DNA from: Polyangiaceae bacterium
Lineage (GTDB): Bacteria; Myxococcota_A; Polyangia; Polyangiales; Polyangiaceae
Assembly (NCBI GenBank): GCA_044376115.1
Contig: JBILLK010000016.1
Span: forward strand, 154,830-218,829
Direction: 5' to 3'
DNA: 64,000 nt
The position numbers and the translations under genes are program-made. Numbering within the stretch: position 1 is the stretch's first letter; each line of letters begins with the position of its first letter. Positions 37,828-47,634 of this stretch are shown in pieces. The notes under the pieces were generated by a model. That model ran no database searches. It saw only the letters and a program-made list of their open reading frames with translations, and had not been told where the DNA came from.

Positions 37828-39399
37828 TCAGCCCGCCTTCTTCTCGGCGAGCTTTTGGATCCAACGGCCGTAGAGCCAGATGCCAATCGCTGAGCAAATT
37901 CCGATGATGCCCATGATGTACCAGACCATGCCGATGCTCGATCCATGCTGCGCATAGAGGGTCGCCGTGACCTCCCACTTGCTGCTGCCAGAGACCTCCA
38001 CCAGCTTGCTGAAGGCCTCGCCTTGCGGCAACGCGTCCACAGCCGCCTGGTCCCAACCCTTCGTCAGCAAGGCCTGGCGCGAGAAAACCTCTTTGCTGGC
38101 CATCTTTTCGTAGAGCATGGGGCCAACCTTGCCCTCCACCGTCCAGCCGATCGCCAGCGGGATCTGCGAGAAGCCGAGGTACATGGCCTTCTTGTCCGCG
38201 GGGGCGAAGTTACCGATGAATTCACTGAACTTGGGGCTGGAGAGCATCTCGCCGACGCTGAAGATGCTGATAGCAAATACGCTCAGCCACCCAGCGGTGC
38301 TGTAGCCCGAGACGAAGAGCGCCACCGTGGCCATGAGGGTTCCGACGACCATGCTAGTGGTGGCGCGCATTTTACCGCTGAGTGCGCCGAACAAGAAGCA
38401 GGTCAGCATGATCAGGCCGGCGTTGAGGTTCAAGAGCCCTTCCGGCTGAATCTCGGTGCCTTGCTCATTCATGACGATGAAGAATTTGACGAAGGCGCTC
38501 TCCGTGCCACCGGTACCGAACAGCGTGCTGACGATCTCTCGGGTATCCACCCAGTCTTCCAAGTGTGCGGGAAGTACGTCAAAGAGCGCGTTGAACATGA
38601 ACCAGAAGCCAGAGAAGATCAGCAGGTAGCTCCACACGTGCGGCTTGGACAGCTCTTTGAGCGACTCCAGCGCGAGGCTCTGCTTTTGGCCACCCTTGTT
38701 GCGGGCGATGCGCTCTTCTTTGCCCACTTCCTTGTAGGTAAGCAGCAAAAGGAAGTTCAGACAGATGATGGCGGCGCAGGCGTAGAACACGTTGCTCCAA
38801 GCCATCTTGCGCATCAAGCCGGCGATCAGCGGGCCAATGAAGCCACCGATGTTGACTGTCTGATAAAAGATGGCCCAGGCAACCGAGCTGTTTTCTCGCT
38901 TGGTGGATTTGACCAGCGTGCCTTGAATACCGGGTTTAAAGATGGCCGTTCCAAGCGCGAGCAACATGGCCCCGGCGAAGAAACCCCAGTAATTGGGGAA
39001 GATGCCCATTACCAAGTAGCCGCAGATCTTAACGACGGTACTGGCTGCGATGGTCTCTTTGTAGCCATAACGGTCGCTGAGGCCGCCGGTGAAGACCGGC
39101 ACGAGGGACTGGACCAGCGCCCATGCCATCAAGATGGTCCCGAAGGTGTCCATCGTGATGCCGAGGCCTCCTTTGGAGACAGGGTCTTTGGCATAAAGCG
39201 TGGCTACGGCTTTGACCCCGTAGTAGGCCAATCGCTCGACCATCTCCATGCCGCCAACGATCCAAAACACGTAGCCAAGGCTGCCGATGGCGGCGACGAG
39301 GCCGAGCTGCTTGACGTCGGCGAGGGATTCACCCTCTGTGTTGGTGGCGTTTGATTGCGGGTTTTTGGGGGCGTTTTCGGGTTCGTTGGGGGTGCTCAT
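37828..39399 (-). CDS. MFS transporter (POT/PTR peptide transporter-like)
   Basis: EMVERLAYYG, GGLSDRYG, FKPG, FY..VNIGG, GEMLSSP; many TM helices. Confidence 0.92.
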   Translation of the reverse strand: MSTPNEPENAPKNPQSNATNTEGESLADVKQLGLVAAIGSLGYVFWIVGGMEMVERLAYYGVKAVATLYAKDPVSKGGLGITMDTFGTILMAWALVQSLVPVFTGGLSDRYGYKETIAASTVVKICGYLVMGIFPNYWGFFAGAMLLALGTAIFKPGIQGTLVKSTKRENSSVAWAIFYQTVNIGGFIGPLIAGLMRKMAWSNVFYACAAIICLNFLLLLTYKEVGKEERIARNKGGQKQSLALESLKELSKPHVWSYLLIFSGFWFMFNALFDVLPAHLEDWVDTREIVSTLFGTGGTESAFVKFFIVMNEQGTEIQPEGLLNLNAGLIMLTCFLFGALSGKMRATTSMVVGTLMATVALFVSGYSTAGWLSVFAISIFSVGEMLSSPKFSEFIGNFAPADKKAMYLGFSQIPLAIGWTVEGKVGPMLYEKMASKEVFSRQALLTKGWDQAAVDALPQGEAFSKLVEVSGSSKWEVTATLYAQHGSSIGMVWYIMGIIGICSAIGIWLYGRWIQKLAEKKAG

Positions 39400-39551
39400 G
39401 GGCTCTCGGAAGCGACCACGACCTAGGCTGTGGTCGCGGCACCGTACCTCGATCCGGCCGCTTTGAGCAGTCGATATCGTGCTGCTGCGCATCGCAACCG
39501 GCCAATGGTTGAGCCTCTTTCGGCCGGAGCTACAAGCGTCTAAGGAGCGCT

Positions 39552-40391
39552 GTGATGAGTAAGGGCCAGTTCGTAGCTTGGGGCGTCTACATTGCTTCGA
39601 TTGCTTTCGGTTGCGCCGAGGAGGCGGACCCGGGAACGTCGGCGGGCGCAAGCAGTGAAGCCTCCGGAGGCACCGCTGGGAAGGGCGGTAGCGGCGCGGC
39701 CGAGGTAGGCGGAGCAGGTGGCCAGGCCTCGGTGGGCGGAATGGCGGGTATGGCTGAAGGCGGTACGGGTGGAGTTGGCGCGGCCGGCGGTGTTGGCGGA
39801 GAAGGCGCCGGCGGAATGGCCGCCTGTGATCCGGTCGCCTGCCAAACGGGGATCACCAGCATCGGACAAATGCCGGTGGGCTCGACCTTGCTCAACTTCG
39901 AGACCTGCACGGGCGCCTGTAGCTGCTGCAGTCCCGGCGGCGCGTACACTGACCCGATCGATAGCGCGTGCATAACCTGTTCGGTCGACGCACGGCTCGC
40001 GCTACTGGGTATTACGCGCACAGGCGGTTTAGGGACCTACTTTGTGGACTGCATTACCGGCAATCAGGACGCGCCGATTGAGAAAGCAGCCTTGTTCGCA
40101 GGGCAGAACGTGGTGGAGCTCGAGTTCACGCAAGGCGTTACCTTCGTCGGGTTCACCGCTTTGCCGAGCTCCAGTGATAGTCAACCCACCGTGACCTTCG
40201 AGGGCTACACGAGTGAGGGCGTGCTCACCGGGATTGATACCTTCGACTTTGTTACTCCCGGTGGGGATTGCGCCACCTCGAACCCTGCGGCGCGGTTCTT
40301 CGGCTTCCGAGCTTGTTGCGGCAGCATGACTCGGGCGGTGGTTACCTTTAGTGATCCCAACACCGCAATCGACTCACTCAGCTTTTTTTGA
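39552..40391 (+). CDS. Putative lipoprotein with Gly linker and Cys-rich domain
   Basis: Lipobox AFGC; Gly-rich linker. Confidence 0.7.
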   Translation: MMSKGQFVAWGVYIASIAFGCAEEADPGTSAGASSEASGGTAGKGGSGAAEVGGAGGQASVGGMAGMAEGGTGGVGAAGGVGGEGAGGMAACDPVACQTGITSIGQMPVGSTLLNFETCTGACSCCSPGGAYTDPIDSACITCSVDARLALLGITRTGGLGTYFVDCITGNQDAPIEKAALFAGQNVVELEFTQGVTFVGFTALPSSSDSQPTVTFEGYTSEGVLTGIDTFDFVTPGGDCATSNPAARFFGFRACCGSMTRAVVTFSDPNTAIDSLSFF

Positions 40392-40968
40392 GCGGCTCGT
40401 CTTCGTCTTTGAGCCGGATCGGCCCGAACTTGCTCGGGTCGAACGCAACCGGCCGCTTGCTCTCATAGAACGCTCGGATTTGGTCCATGTCTTGTTTGAC
40501 GTTACCCGTCATTGTCAGGGCAGGACCAACGCCTGCGCGCTTGCGAGCGAAATCCAAATAACCCGTCGCCACCGGGACGTTGGCGCCAAGGGCAATGCGA
40601 TAAAAGCCGGACTTCCAGTGTTCGGCGCGCGAGCGGGTGCCCTCTGGCGGGATCGCCAGGATGAACTCCTCATGGCTCCGGAACTGCTCAATCATGCTGT
40701 CGACCATGTTGGTCGATCGCGAGCGATTGACCCCAACCCCTCCGGTGCGGCGAATGATGCCTCCCAATGGGCTCTTGACCCAGTCGTCCTTCACCATCCA
40801 TTGCACGTTCAGCCCAACGCTCTGCGTGAGCAGTACGAGCAATAAGCCGTCCCAATTGCTGGTGTGCGGGAGCGCCAGCAATACGTACTTTTTCTCACGC
40901 GGCACCTCTCCCTCGAAGGACCAACCGAGCAGTGAGAGGGACTTCTGCGTGATGCTTTTGGATCTCAC
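40378..40968 (-). CDS. Lysophospholipid acyltransferase (PlsC family)
   Basis: PHTSNWD, PEGTR, WKSGFY; start uncertain. Confidence 0.9.
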   Translation of the reverse strand: MRSKSITQKSLSLLGWSFEGEVPREKKYVLLALPHTSNWDGLLLVLLTQSVGLNVQWMVKDDWVKSPLGGIIRRTGGVGVNRSRSTNMVDSMIEQFRSHEEFILAIPPEGTRSRAEHWKSGFYRIALGANVPVATGYLDFARKRAGVGPALTMTGNVKQDMDQIRAFYESKRPVAFDPSKFGPIRLKDEDEPLKKS

Positions 40969-41088
40969 GGCGCCAAGAAAAGCACGTGTCGCGTGATCGC
41001 GCGCCTCTTTCTTGGGAGCCTGTCGCTGTGAGCCTTGGCTTGCGGCTTTCGTTGAGCCCAGCTCCGCGGCGGGGTAGGGTGGGCCACC

Positions 41089-41457
41089 ATGAGCGACGTC
41101 ACCATTTTCCACAATCCCAATTGAAACTCCTCGGTCAATGCGGTCCGCATTGCAGAACAGCTCGGCGTGGCAGCCACGATTGTGCTCTACATGAAGACGC
41201 CTCCAGACGCGGCGGCGCTAGAGGCTTTGCTCGACAAACTCGAGGACGCCCCTACGGCGCTCATCCGGCGAGATAGTCTGTTCAAGAAGCTCGGTCTGAC
41301 GGAAGCGGAGGTCGCTACGCGCGAACAAGTGGTGGCGTTGCTGGTGAAGCACAAGGCGCTACTGCAGCGTCCTGTCGTTGCCACCAAGGACAAAGCGGTG
41401 GTGGGGCGACCCAAAGAACGAGTCGAGGCGCTGCTGTCGCCTCTGGTTCGTCGCTAG
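41089..41457 (+). CDS. ArsC/Spx-family reductase, probable selenoprotein (TGA = Sec at codon 12)
   Basis: MSDVTIFHNPN-TGA-NSSVNAVRIAE continues in frame into ORF 41167 (LIRR, LLQRPVV, VGRP); TGA occupies the Cys of the ArsC HNPxC motif. Confidence 0.85.
41136..41152 (+). promoter_or_regulatory. Bacterial SECIS-like hairpin
   Basis: CAATGCG-GTC-CGCATTG, 17 nt, starting 11 nt after the TGA at 41122-41124; GGTC at the apex. Confidence 0.75.
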
Positions 41458-42689
41458 TTGTTGACGAAGTGTGAGGCTCGTTGCGAGGAATAGAGTCGAC
41501 TCGATCCGGACAATAACGTAGCCAGCCCGCACACAATCGCGGCGTGCGGCAAGATGTTCACTCCGAACAGCTCGGCGGCCATGATCGAAAGAGCGAGCGG
41601 CGCCTTGGCCGACGCCGCGAACACAGCCGCCAAGCCTACCGCGGCACCCAAGCCGATAGGGATACCGAGCAAGTGTGCGAGCAAGCTACCGAGGCTCGCG
41701 CCGATGCAGAACAGCGGCGTGACCTCCCCGCCTTGGAAGCCCGAGGCTACCGTTATTGCGGTAAAAACAATCTTTAGTAGGAATACCTCGGGCGCTTGGC
41801 CTGCGCCTTGGAACAACTCCAAAATCACCGGGATACCCAGCCCGAGGTAGCGGGCGTCACCCAGTAACTGCCAAAGGCCAAGCACCGCGACGCCGCCGAC
41901 CATCATGCGCAGCTCGAGGCGGGGGAAAAGCCTCTCGAAGAGCTTCTTTAGCCTCGCAATGAGTTGAGTGAACAGCACACTAGCGCCCGCGCAACCCGCA
42001 CCGAAGAGCAGCCACTTACCGGCTAGCTCCAAGCTGAGCGGCAACGTGCTCGTGGCTGGGTAAGGAGTATGCTCGATACCAAGTGCGCGGGTGGTAAGGT
42101 CCCCAACGAGCGCTGCGAGCAGTGAAGAACCAGCGGCACCAAGCTCGATCCGTCTTTTCCCGAGCACTTCCACCCCGAAGATTGCGCCCGCTAGTGGTGT
42201 GCCGAACACCGCCCCAAAGCCGCCCGCGATGCCGGCAGAAAGCAGCTGGCGCCGCTCATCGCGATTCAGGCGAAAGCGATGGGCGAGCCAATCCGCCGAG
42301 CTTGCACCCATTTGAACCGCCGTCCCCTCGCGTCCGGCACTCCCGCCAAATAGATGCGTAAAAACAGTAGCTATGAGCACCATAGGGGCCATTCGCGTTG
42401 GCAGCTGCGGCCCATCGTCATAGACGGTCTCCAGCACGAGGTTGGTTCCTCGGCCTACGGTCTTCCCTAGTCTTCGATAAACCCACCCCAGGCACAGGCC
42501 CGCGGCTGGTAAGCCGAACACGAGCCATTCGTGTTGCACACGCGTCTCTGTCGCGCGATCCAGCAGCCAGAGAAAGAGCGCCGAGGAAAGCCCACAAAGG
42601 ACGCCGACGAGGCCTGCTACGAACGCGCTTCGCGCGAGGCGCGCTCCCGACAACCTTGCTTGCTCAGGCCCACGCTGGTTCATGCGCAA
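41454..42689 (-). CDS. CLC family anion channel/antiporter, fluoride-exporter (CLC-F) type
   Basis: GTNLV, GREGTAVQMG, FGTPLAG, GGEVTPLF signatures. Confidence 0.9.
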   Translation of the reverse strand: MRMNQRGPEQARLSGARLARSAFVAGLVGVLCGLSSALFLWLLDRATETRVQHEWLVFGLPAAGLCLGWVYRRLGKTVGRGTNLVLETVYDDGPQLPTRMAPMVLIATVFTHLFGGSAGREGTAVQMGASSADWLAHRFRLNRDERRQLLSAGIAGGFGAVFGTPLAGAIFGVEVLGKRRIELGAAGSSLLAALVGDLTTRALGIEHTPYPATSTLPLSLELAGKWLLFGAGCAGASVLFTQLIARLKKLFERLFPRLELRMMVGGVAVLGLWQLLGDARYLGLGIPVILELFQGAGQAPEVFLLKIVFTAITVASGFQGGEVTPLFCIGASLGSLLAHLLGIPIGLGAAVGLAAVFAASAKAPLALSIMAAELFGVNILPHAAIVCGLATLLSGSSRLYSSQRASHFVNN

Positions 42690-42939
42690 AGGAAGCGAGT
42701 TGCGCGAAGGCCTTCATTGAGCATGGCGTACGCTAGCGGAACTCTATCAGGGCCGAGTGTCTTCTCGCGCACGCAACCTCGCAAGTTGGAGTCGCTGGCT
42801 GGAGCTCCTGACTCACCACCGCGGCTTTTATCCCGCCGTGACATGCCGCCATCGCTTGAGAGCTTCGACGGGCTGGCGACGAACTGCGACGATGTGGAAG
42901 GGGCTTGCTGCTGACAGCGGTTTCGCCCACGCTGGCAAC

Positions 42940-43305
42940 ATGCTCACCCAAGGAGCCGCCATGAGGATCGCCGAGAGCGCTGCAGGCTGGTTGCGGCGGC
43001 GAGACCCAAAGGCTTGGCTGACGCTCGCAATTGTCGTGTTGACGGATGATGGCCAAAGCCACCACGTGGTACCTCGGGTAGAGGCCGTGAACATGTTGGA
43101 GAAAGCTCGGGCGAAGGCCTCGCAGGCGAAGTTCAAGGAGCTCGAGCGCGATCTCGCGGTTGGGATCGATTTGGTGAAAGCCGCAGCTCCGATCGAAGTG
43201 CCGGTGGTGGCCTTCTTCGAACGCGAGGATCGCCCCATTGAGACTGGGGTCATCACCCTGAGACTCCCCACGCCCGGAAGTAAACGTCCTCGAGGTGAAG
43301 CATGA
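42940..43305 (+). CDS. Hypothetical protein
   Basis: ATGA overlap with the DUF4240 gene; start uncertain. Confidence 0.5.
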   Translation: MLTQGAAMRIAESAAGWLRRRDPKAWLTLAIVVLTDDGQSHHVVPRVEAVNMLEKARAKASQAKFKELERDLAVGIDLVKAAAPIEVPVVAFFEREDRPIETGVITLRLPTPGSKRPRGEA

Positions 43306-43802
43306 ACAAGGAGCAATTCTGGAAGCTCATCGAAGAGCACGTCGAGCGTGAAGGAGATGAGCTGCACGTTGAAGCGCTGGAGAGCGCCTTGGCTCAGCTT
43401 CCGCTCACCGAGATCGTCGACTTCGACAAGATCTTCCAAGAGCGGCATGTCGAGTCCTACAGTTGGCGGCTTTGGGGCGCTGCGTACCTCATCAACGATG
43501 GCTGCTCCGAAGACGAGTTCGACGAGTTCCGCGCGTGGCTGATCGGCGCCGGGCGCCAGGTGTACGAGCGTGCGCTCAAAGACCCCGACTCCCTAGCATC
43601 GGTGGCGGCGGAGAGCGGTGAGCTCCTCTCGGAGGACCTGTTGTTTGTCGCGTCGGAGGCCTACGCGGGCGCCTCTGACGGTGAAGAGCTTCCTCAAGTT
43701 GAACTTTCCTATCCGGAGGTTGAAGAGAGTTGGGAGTTTGACGACGAGGAAGAGATGCGACGCCGCTATCCCAAGTTGGCTGCTCGCTACCTCGATGGCT
43801 GA
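43302..43802 (+). CDS. DUF4240 domain protein
   Basis: FWKLIE, LWGAAYLINDGCSEDEF..FRAWLI..G, YPKL; very acidic. Confidence 0.88.
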   Translation: MNKEQFWKLIEEHVEREGDELHVEALESALAQLPLTEIVDFDKIFQERHVESYSWRLWGAAYLINDGCSEDEFDEFRAWLIGAGRQVYERALKDPDSLASVAAESGELLSEDLLFVASEAYAGASDGEELPQVELSYPEVEESWEFDDEEEMRRRYPKLAARYLDG

Positions 43803-43811
43803 GCGGCTCCG

Positions 43812-44276
43812 TTAAAGGTACCGGTCAGCGTCGCAGCGCTCGAGTCGATAGTGCCATAAAAGCCCCTCGTCTGGGTCGACCTGCTCGCCAATGCGCTGTA
43901 AGCCCAGTTTTTCCAGCACCCTCGTGGACGGGCCGGGGATCGGCCTCGTACGAGCCTCTACCGCGACCACGCTCGGGTGGCGAAAGGCTCGTCGCACCAA
44001 CTCCTTCGCGCCCTCGGTGGCCAAGCCTCGGCCACGGTAAGCCGGCGCAATACCGTAGCCAAACTCGACAATCCCGCATTCCGGGGCACCAGTAAAGCCC
44101 CCCATGCCGATCAGCGTGCGTGGGGCCGCGAGTAGAAATAGCGTTGTGCCCCAAGCTGGGTCTGTCTCGCCTGCTCGCTCATCTTCCCATAGCCGCTGCA
44201 GAGCACCTGGAAACGCGGTCCATTCGTCCGCCACCGTTGCGGCAAGCAGCGCCTCGAGCTCAGCGGTCCCTTGCAT
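43812..44276 (-). CDS. GNAT acetyltransferase (RimJ/RimL-like)
   Basis: EFGYGIAPAYRGRGLATE, STRVLEKLG. Confidence 0.88.
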   Translation of the reverse strand: MQGTAELEALLAATVADEWTAFPGALQRLWEDERAGETDPAWGTTLFLLAAPRTLIGMGGFTGAPECGIVEFGYGIAPAYRGRGLATEGAKELVRRAFRHPSVVAVEARTRPIPGPSTRVLEKLGLQRIGEQVDPDEGLLWHYRLERCDADRYL

Positions 44277-44326
44277 TGCAGCGGCCAGTATCGCGGGCGT
44301 AGCTGGAAGAAAGCAGAGTCGCTCGC

Positions 44327-46804
44327 TCAAGGCTCGTCGATCATCCTGGGCTGCTCTTGGATCGCCGAGGCTTGTCCGCTGAGGGCAGCAGAGCCATCGA
44401 TACCCCAGCAGAAGAGGCGGCCTGCTCCAGTTAGACCACAAACTTCGTCATCTCCGCTCGAGAGTTGTACCCAATTACTAGCGCCGTCGAGGGCGAATGG
44501 CAGACTGGTAGGGTTGGGAAACGTGCCCAAGGTGTCGTTCAGCAGGAGCTCCTGATTGGCGTTGGAGCCCCAACCAAGCAAGTCGCCGCTCGAGGTGATC
44601 GCGAAGGTTGACCCAGCATAGGCTGGCGCCACGGTAGCGATCACTGGCGTCATCGCCTGCATTGGTGCGGCGATGCTCCCTGCCTCAGGGCTCGCCTGTT
44701 TTACGTTGTTTTGGCCCCAACAATAAGCTGCTCCGGCGCTGCTGTTCGCGCAAGTGTGGTTAGCCCCCGCCTGTACAGAAGTGAGCTGTACGCCAATTGG
44801 GAGCGGCACGAGCTGCGGGCTCTGAATGCTATTCGGCGCATTGGAGCCGATCTCGCCGTTCGCATTTTCACCCCAACAATAGGCCAATTGGTCAGCGCCG
44901 CTCACGTAGCACAGATGCCCTCCACGAGCGGCAAACGACGATATCGTCTGTGGAATGGTTACTGCGTTAGGAGGTTCTGTGGTTGCGGAGGAGGCGCCAG
45001 CTTTGCGTCCCCAACAATAGAGTTGATCACCCACCATACTGGACGCTGCTGCGCAGGTGAAAACGTCAGAGGCCTCGAGCCTATTGAACGCCAGGGCTGG
45101 CAAGCCAACTACCGGCGTCGGCGTTGGCCCGCCCGGTGAAGCCTGAAGACTGCCGTTATCCCCCCAGCACAGCACCTGGCCGTTCGTGGTCAATCCGCAG
45201 CTATGGTTGGCGGCGACGACGACCTTGCTGAAGTTGGTGCCCGGCGCGACCAACGTTGGTTCCTCCCGACTCAGCAAGTCCCCAGTCCCTAGTCGGTTCC
45301 TAAAGCCGCTACCCCAACAGTAGAGCGGCGAACTCGCGCCGGCTTCGGCGACGGCGCAAATGTGATTGGGCCCAACGTTGACGTCTTTGAAGCCAGTGAC
45401 TCCGCTTGGGGGCAGCACCTCACGAGGCAGCCCCGGATTGACCGTGCCGACCCCGAGCGCGCCAGTCTCCGCACCCCAACAAGAGGCGGCTCCCTCGCTA
45501 TCGAGACTGCACGCATAACGCGTATTCAGGCTCAATTGGGTATGGGAGCCTGTCAGTAGGACTGGGGTCTCTATGTCGTCTTGCAAAGGGGCATCCGCGC
45601 CCAGTTGCCCTAGGCCGCCGTTCCCGATGCAACGCGGACCGCCGGAGTCGAGAGCGCAAACGGCTGACCCACCAGCAGAAATCGCATCGGGTGATTCGAG
45701 CGTCAAAAGGGGTGAGGTAACCGTAACGGAAGGAACACCGGGCATGTTGGTGCCCCAGCAATAGACCTCGAAGTTGTTGGTTACCCCACAGGAGAAGTCG
45801 GCTCCGGTAACCACGTTGGCCCAGGTCTGATCGATCGGCGGTGCAATGGTGACAGCCAGTTCAGGTGAGAAGTCAGCGGTGCTGGCGCTGCTCACCTGCT
45901 TTGCGTTGTTGCGCCCCCAGCACTGAAGCACGCCCGAGTTGCGAAGGGCACAGGTGTGATCCCCTTTGGTCGATACGATCGAGATGTCGTCGGCTCCCCC
46001 TGGAAGTGCCGGCTGGATCGGCGTTGGCTCTGAGCCTTGTGAACCCGCAGATACCTGTTTTGAACCGTTATTGCCCCAACAGTAGAGCTGATCACCCTCG
46101 GTTAGTGCACAGGCGTGATTCTGCCCGGTTTCGACTAATCGAAAGAGTACGCTGCGCGGGGCGCTGATCGGCGCAGCCGTTGGAGATGCCGTACCAGTGG
46201 TACCTCTGCCTAGTTGGCCCACGCCGTTGCGGCCCCAACAGAGCACATTCGAGTTCGTGTCAGGTACATCTGCGAGGCCGCAGTTGTAGTTTGCGCCGGC
46301 GCTGATCGAAGACAGAACGACCCCGCTTAGTTCATTGACTACTTTGTAGTCGTCATCGAGCGTCGTGTCGACGTCGAGCCCCATAATCGAATATTGATTG
46401 CGCCCCCAGCAGCGAACCCTGCCGCTCTCCGTCCGCGCGCAAGCGTGCTCGAGCCCGGTGACGATCTGGGCGTAGACGGAGACGCAGCCCTCGTCTACGG
46501 CGCTGTGCTTCACTGTCTCCGGTATACATTCGCAAGACGCTATAGCCCCGTTTACCACACAGACTTCGTTCTTCTGGCAAGGCAGAAGACATCCGGGCGC
46601 GCTACCTCCCATGCCCCCGCCGCCGGCAGCCGCGCCGCCAGCAGCGGCACCGCCCGCACTCGCACCTCCAGCCGTCGTGCTGCTTCCTCCGGCCGCGAGG
46701 CTGCCGCTCAAGCCTCCGTCTTCATAGCCGCTGAGATCTCTGCAGCTGCACGCTGCCTCGAACAGGACTGCAGCGATCAAGGCAGAGTGAGCGAGCGGTT
46801 TCAT
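44327..46804 (-). CDS. RCC1-repeat exported protein
   Basis: Repeated G..H.C......CWG.N..GQLG units; N-terminal signal and Gly linker. Confidence 0.9.
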   Translation of the reverse strand: MKPLAHSALIAAVLFEAACSCRDLSGYEDGGLSGSLAAGGSSTTAGGASAGGAAAGGAAAGGGGMGGSAPGCLLPCQKNEVCVVNGAIASCECIPETVKHSAVDEGCVSVYAQIVTGLEHACARTESGRVRCWGRNQYSIMGLDVDTTLDDDYKVVNELSGVVLSSISAGANYNCGLADVPDTNSNVLCWGRNGVGQLGRGTTGTASPTAAPISAPRSVLFRLVETGQNHACALTEGDQLYCWGNNGSKQVSAGSQGSEPTPIQPALPGGADDISIVSTKGDHTCALRNSGVLQCWGRNNAKQVSSASTADFSPELAVTIAPPIDQTWANVVTGADFSCGVTNNFEVYCWGTNMPGVPSVTVTSPLLTLESPDAISAGGSAVCALDSGGPRCIGNGGLGQLGADAPLQDDIETPVLLTGSHTQLSLNTRYACSLDSEGAASCWGAETGALGVGTVNPGLPREVLPPSGVTGFKDVNVGPNHICAVAEAGASSPLYCWGSGFRNRLGTGDLLSREEPTLVAPGTNFSKVVVAANHSCGLTTNGQVLCWGDNGSLQASPGGPTPTPVVGLPALAFNRLEASDVFTCAAASSMVGDQLYCWGRKAGASSATTEPPNAVTIPQTISSFAARGGHLCYVSGADQLAYCWGENANGEIGSNAPNSIQSPQLVPLPIGVQLTSVQAGANHTCANSSAGAAYCWGQNNVKQASPEAGSIAAPMQAMTPVIATVAPAYAGSTFAITSSGDLLGWGSNANQELLLNDTLGTFPNPTSLPFALDGASNWVQLSSGDDEVCGLTGAGRLFCWGIDGSAALSGQASAIQEQPRMIDEP

Positions 46805-47634
46805 TGCTGGATTGTGAGCAGCAGAAGCCCACCCTCAATTTGAGTTGATGGCCCGAGCAGAGCAGCGCTGAGCGCTGGCGCTTCCGCATCCGCCCCTGTG
46901 AAGCCCCAGACGCTGAAGAGTACGGTCGCAGCGACAGCAAGCGAGGCGCTCGACGCTAATGCGATGTCAGCCCCGAGATAGAGGCCTCGCACGCTATCAA
47001 CGTCGTCGCTAGCGCAGGTTGGTTTGCAGCCGTCGAGCTCCGCCTCTTGGGCTAACCCGCTACCCCCTAATCCAGCGAAAAAGCCGACCGCTAAGAGGGC
47101 TGCTCCGCCGGTGACGCCACCTGCGATCAAGAGCGGCGAAAGTGGCTTCGGTTGTTCGATCTGCTCCGGAAGGACCACGACGACCCTGCGCAGCTTCTCG
47201 CCTTCACCGAGCGTCACCATCACTGACTCCTCTTGGTTGCCGATTCGCACAGCAATGCGATGGTCTCCCGGATCCGTCGTGATTACGTCGCCGAGCGGCG
47301 ATTCTGAGGGCACTCCGTCTACGAGGATGATGCCCTCATAGGCGTCAGCGCGGCCAACCTTGGCCCTAACGATGAAGGTTGGTAGGCCGGCCTCGACCTC
47401 CTTCTTCCACGTCGCGCAGTCTGCCTGTGCCACCCTTGGGCAACTAACCTGCGAGCATACATTCAAGTGCATTAGCGCCTCGAGAGAAGCGCCTGACCTC
47501 CGTGCACGTTGGGCGTCTTCATAGGCGCGAGCGCACACACTGGCGTCATCAACAGCCTGTGCGCGCGCGTTTTGATTGACGCTTAGCGCGAGCAAAACCG
47601 CGATCGACGTCGGAACGGCCCTGCGCAGGTTCAC
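46801..47634 (-). CDS. Exported helical/PEGA-like membrane protein
   Basis: Signal peptide, Cys-containing helical domain, VDG..DPG.H PEGA-like domain, C-terminal TMs; 4-nt overlaps with both neighbours. Confidence 0.7.
   Translation of the reverse strand: MNLRRAVPTSIAVLLALSVNQNARAQAVDDASVCARAYEDAQRARRSGASLEALMHLNVCSQVSCPRVAQADCATWKKEVEAGLPTFIVRAKVGRADAYEGIILVDGVPSESPLGDVITTDPGDHRIAVRIGNQEESVMVTLGEGEKLRRVVVVLPEQIEQPKPLSPLLIAGGVTGGAALLAVGFFAGLGGSGLAQEAELDGCKPTCASDDVDSVRGLYLGADIALASSASLAVAATVLFSVWGFTGADAEAPALSAALLGPSTQIEGGLLLLTIQQ

Noticed and set aside
41167..41457. ORF-track start at GTG 41167, or a nonsense pseudogene call
   Set aside because: That start omits the HNPx(C/U) active site; the stop position and SECIS-like hairpin favour Sec recoding.
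43302..43802. DUF4240 plus upstream ORF as a toxin-immunity pair
   Set aside because: The upstream ORF shows no toxin motif or secretion domain, so there is no support from the sequence.
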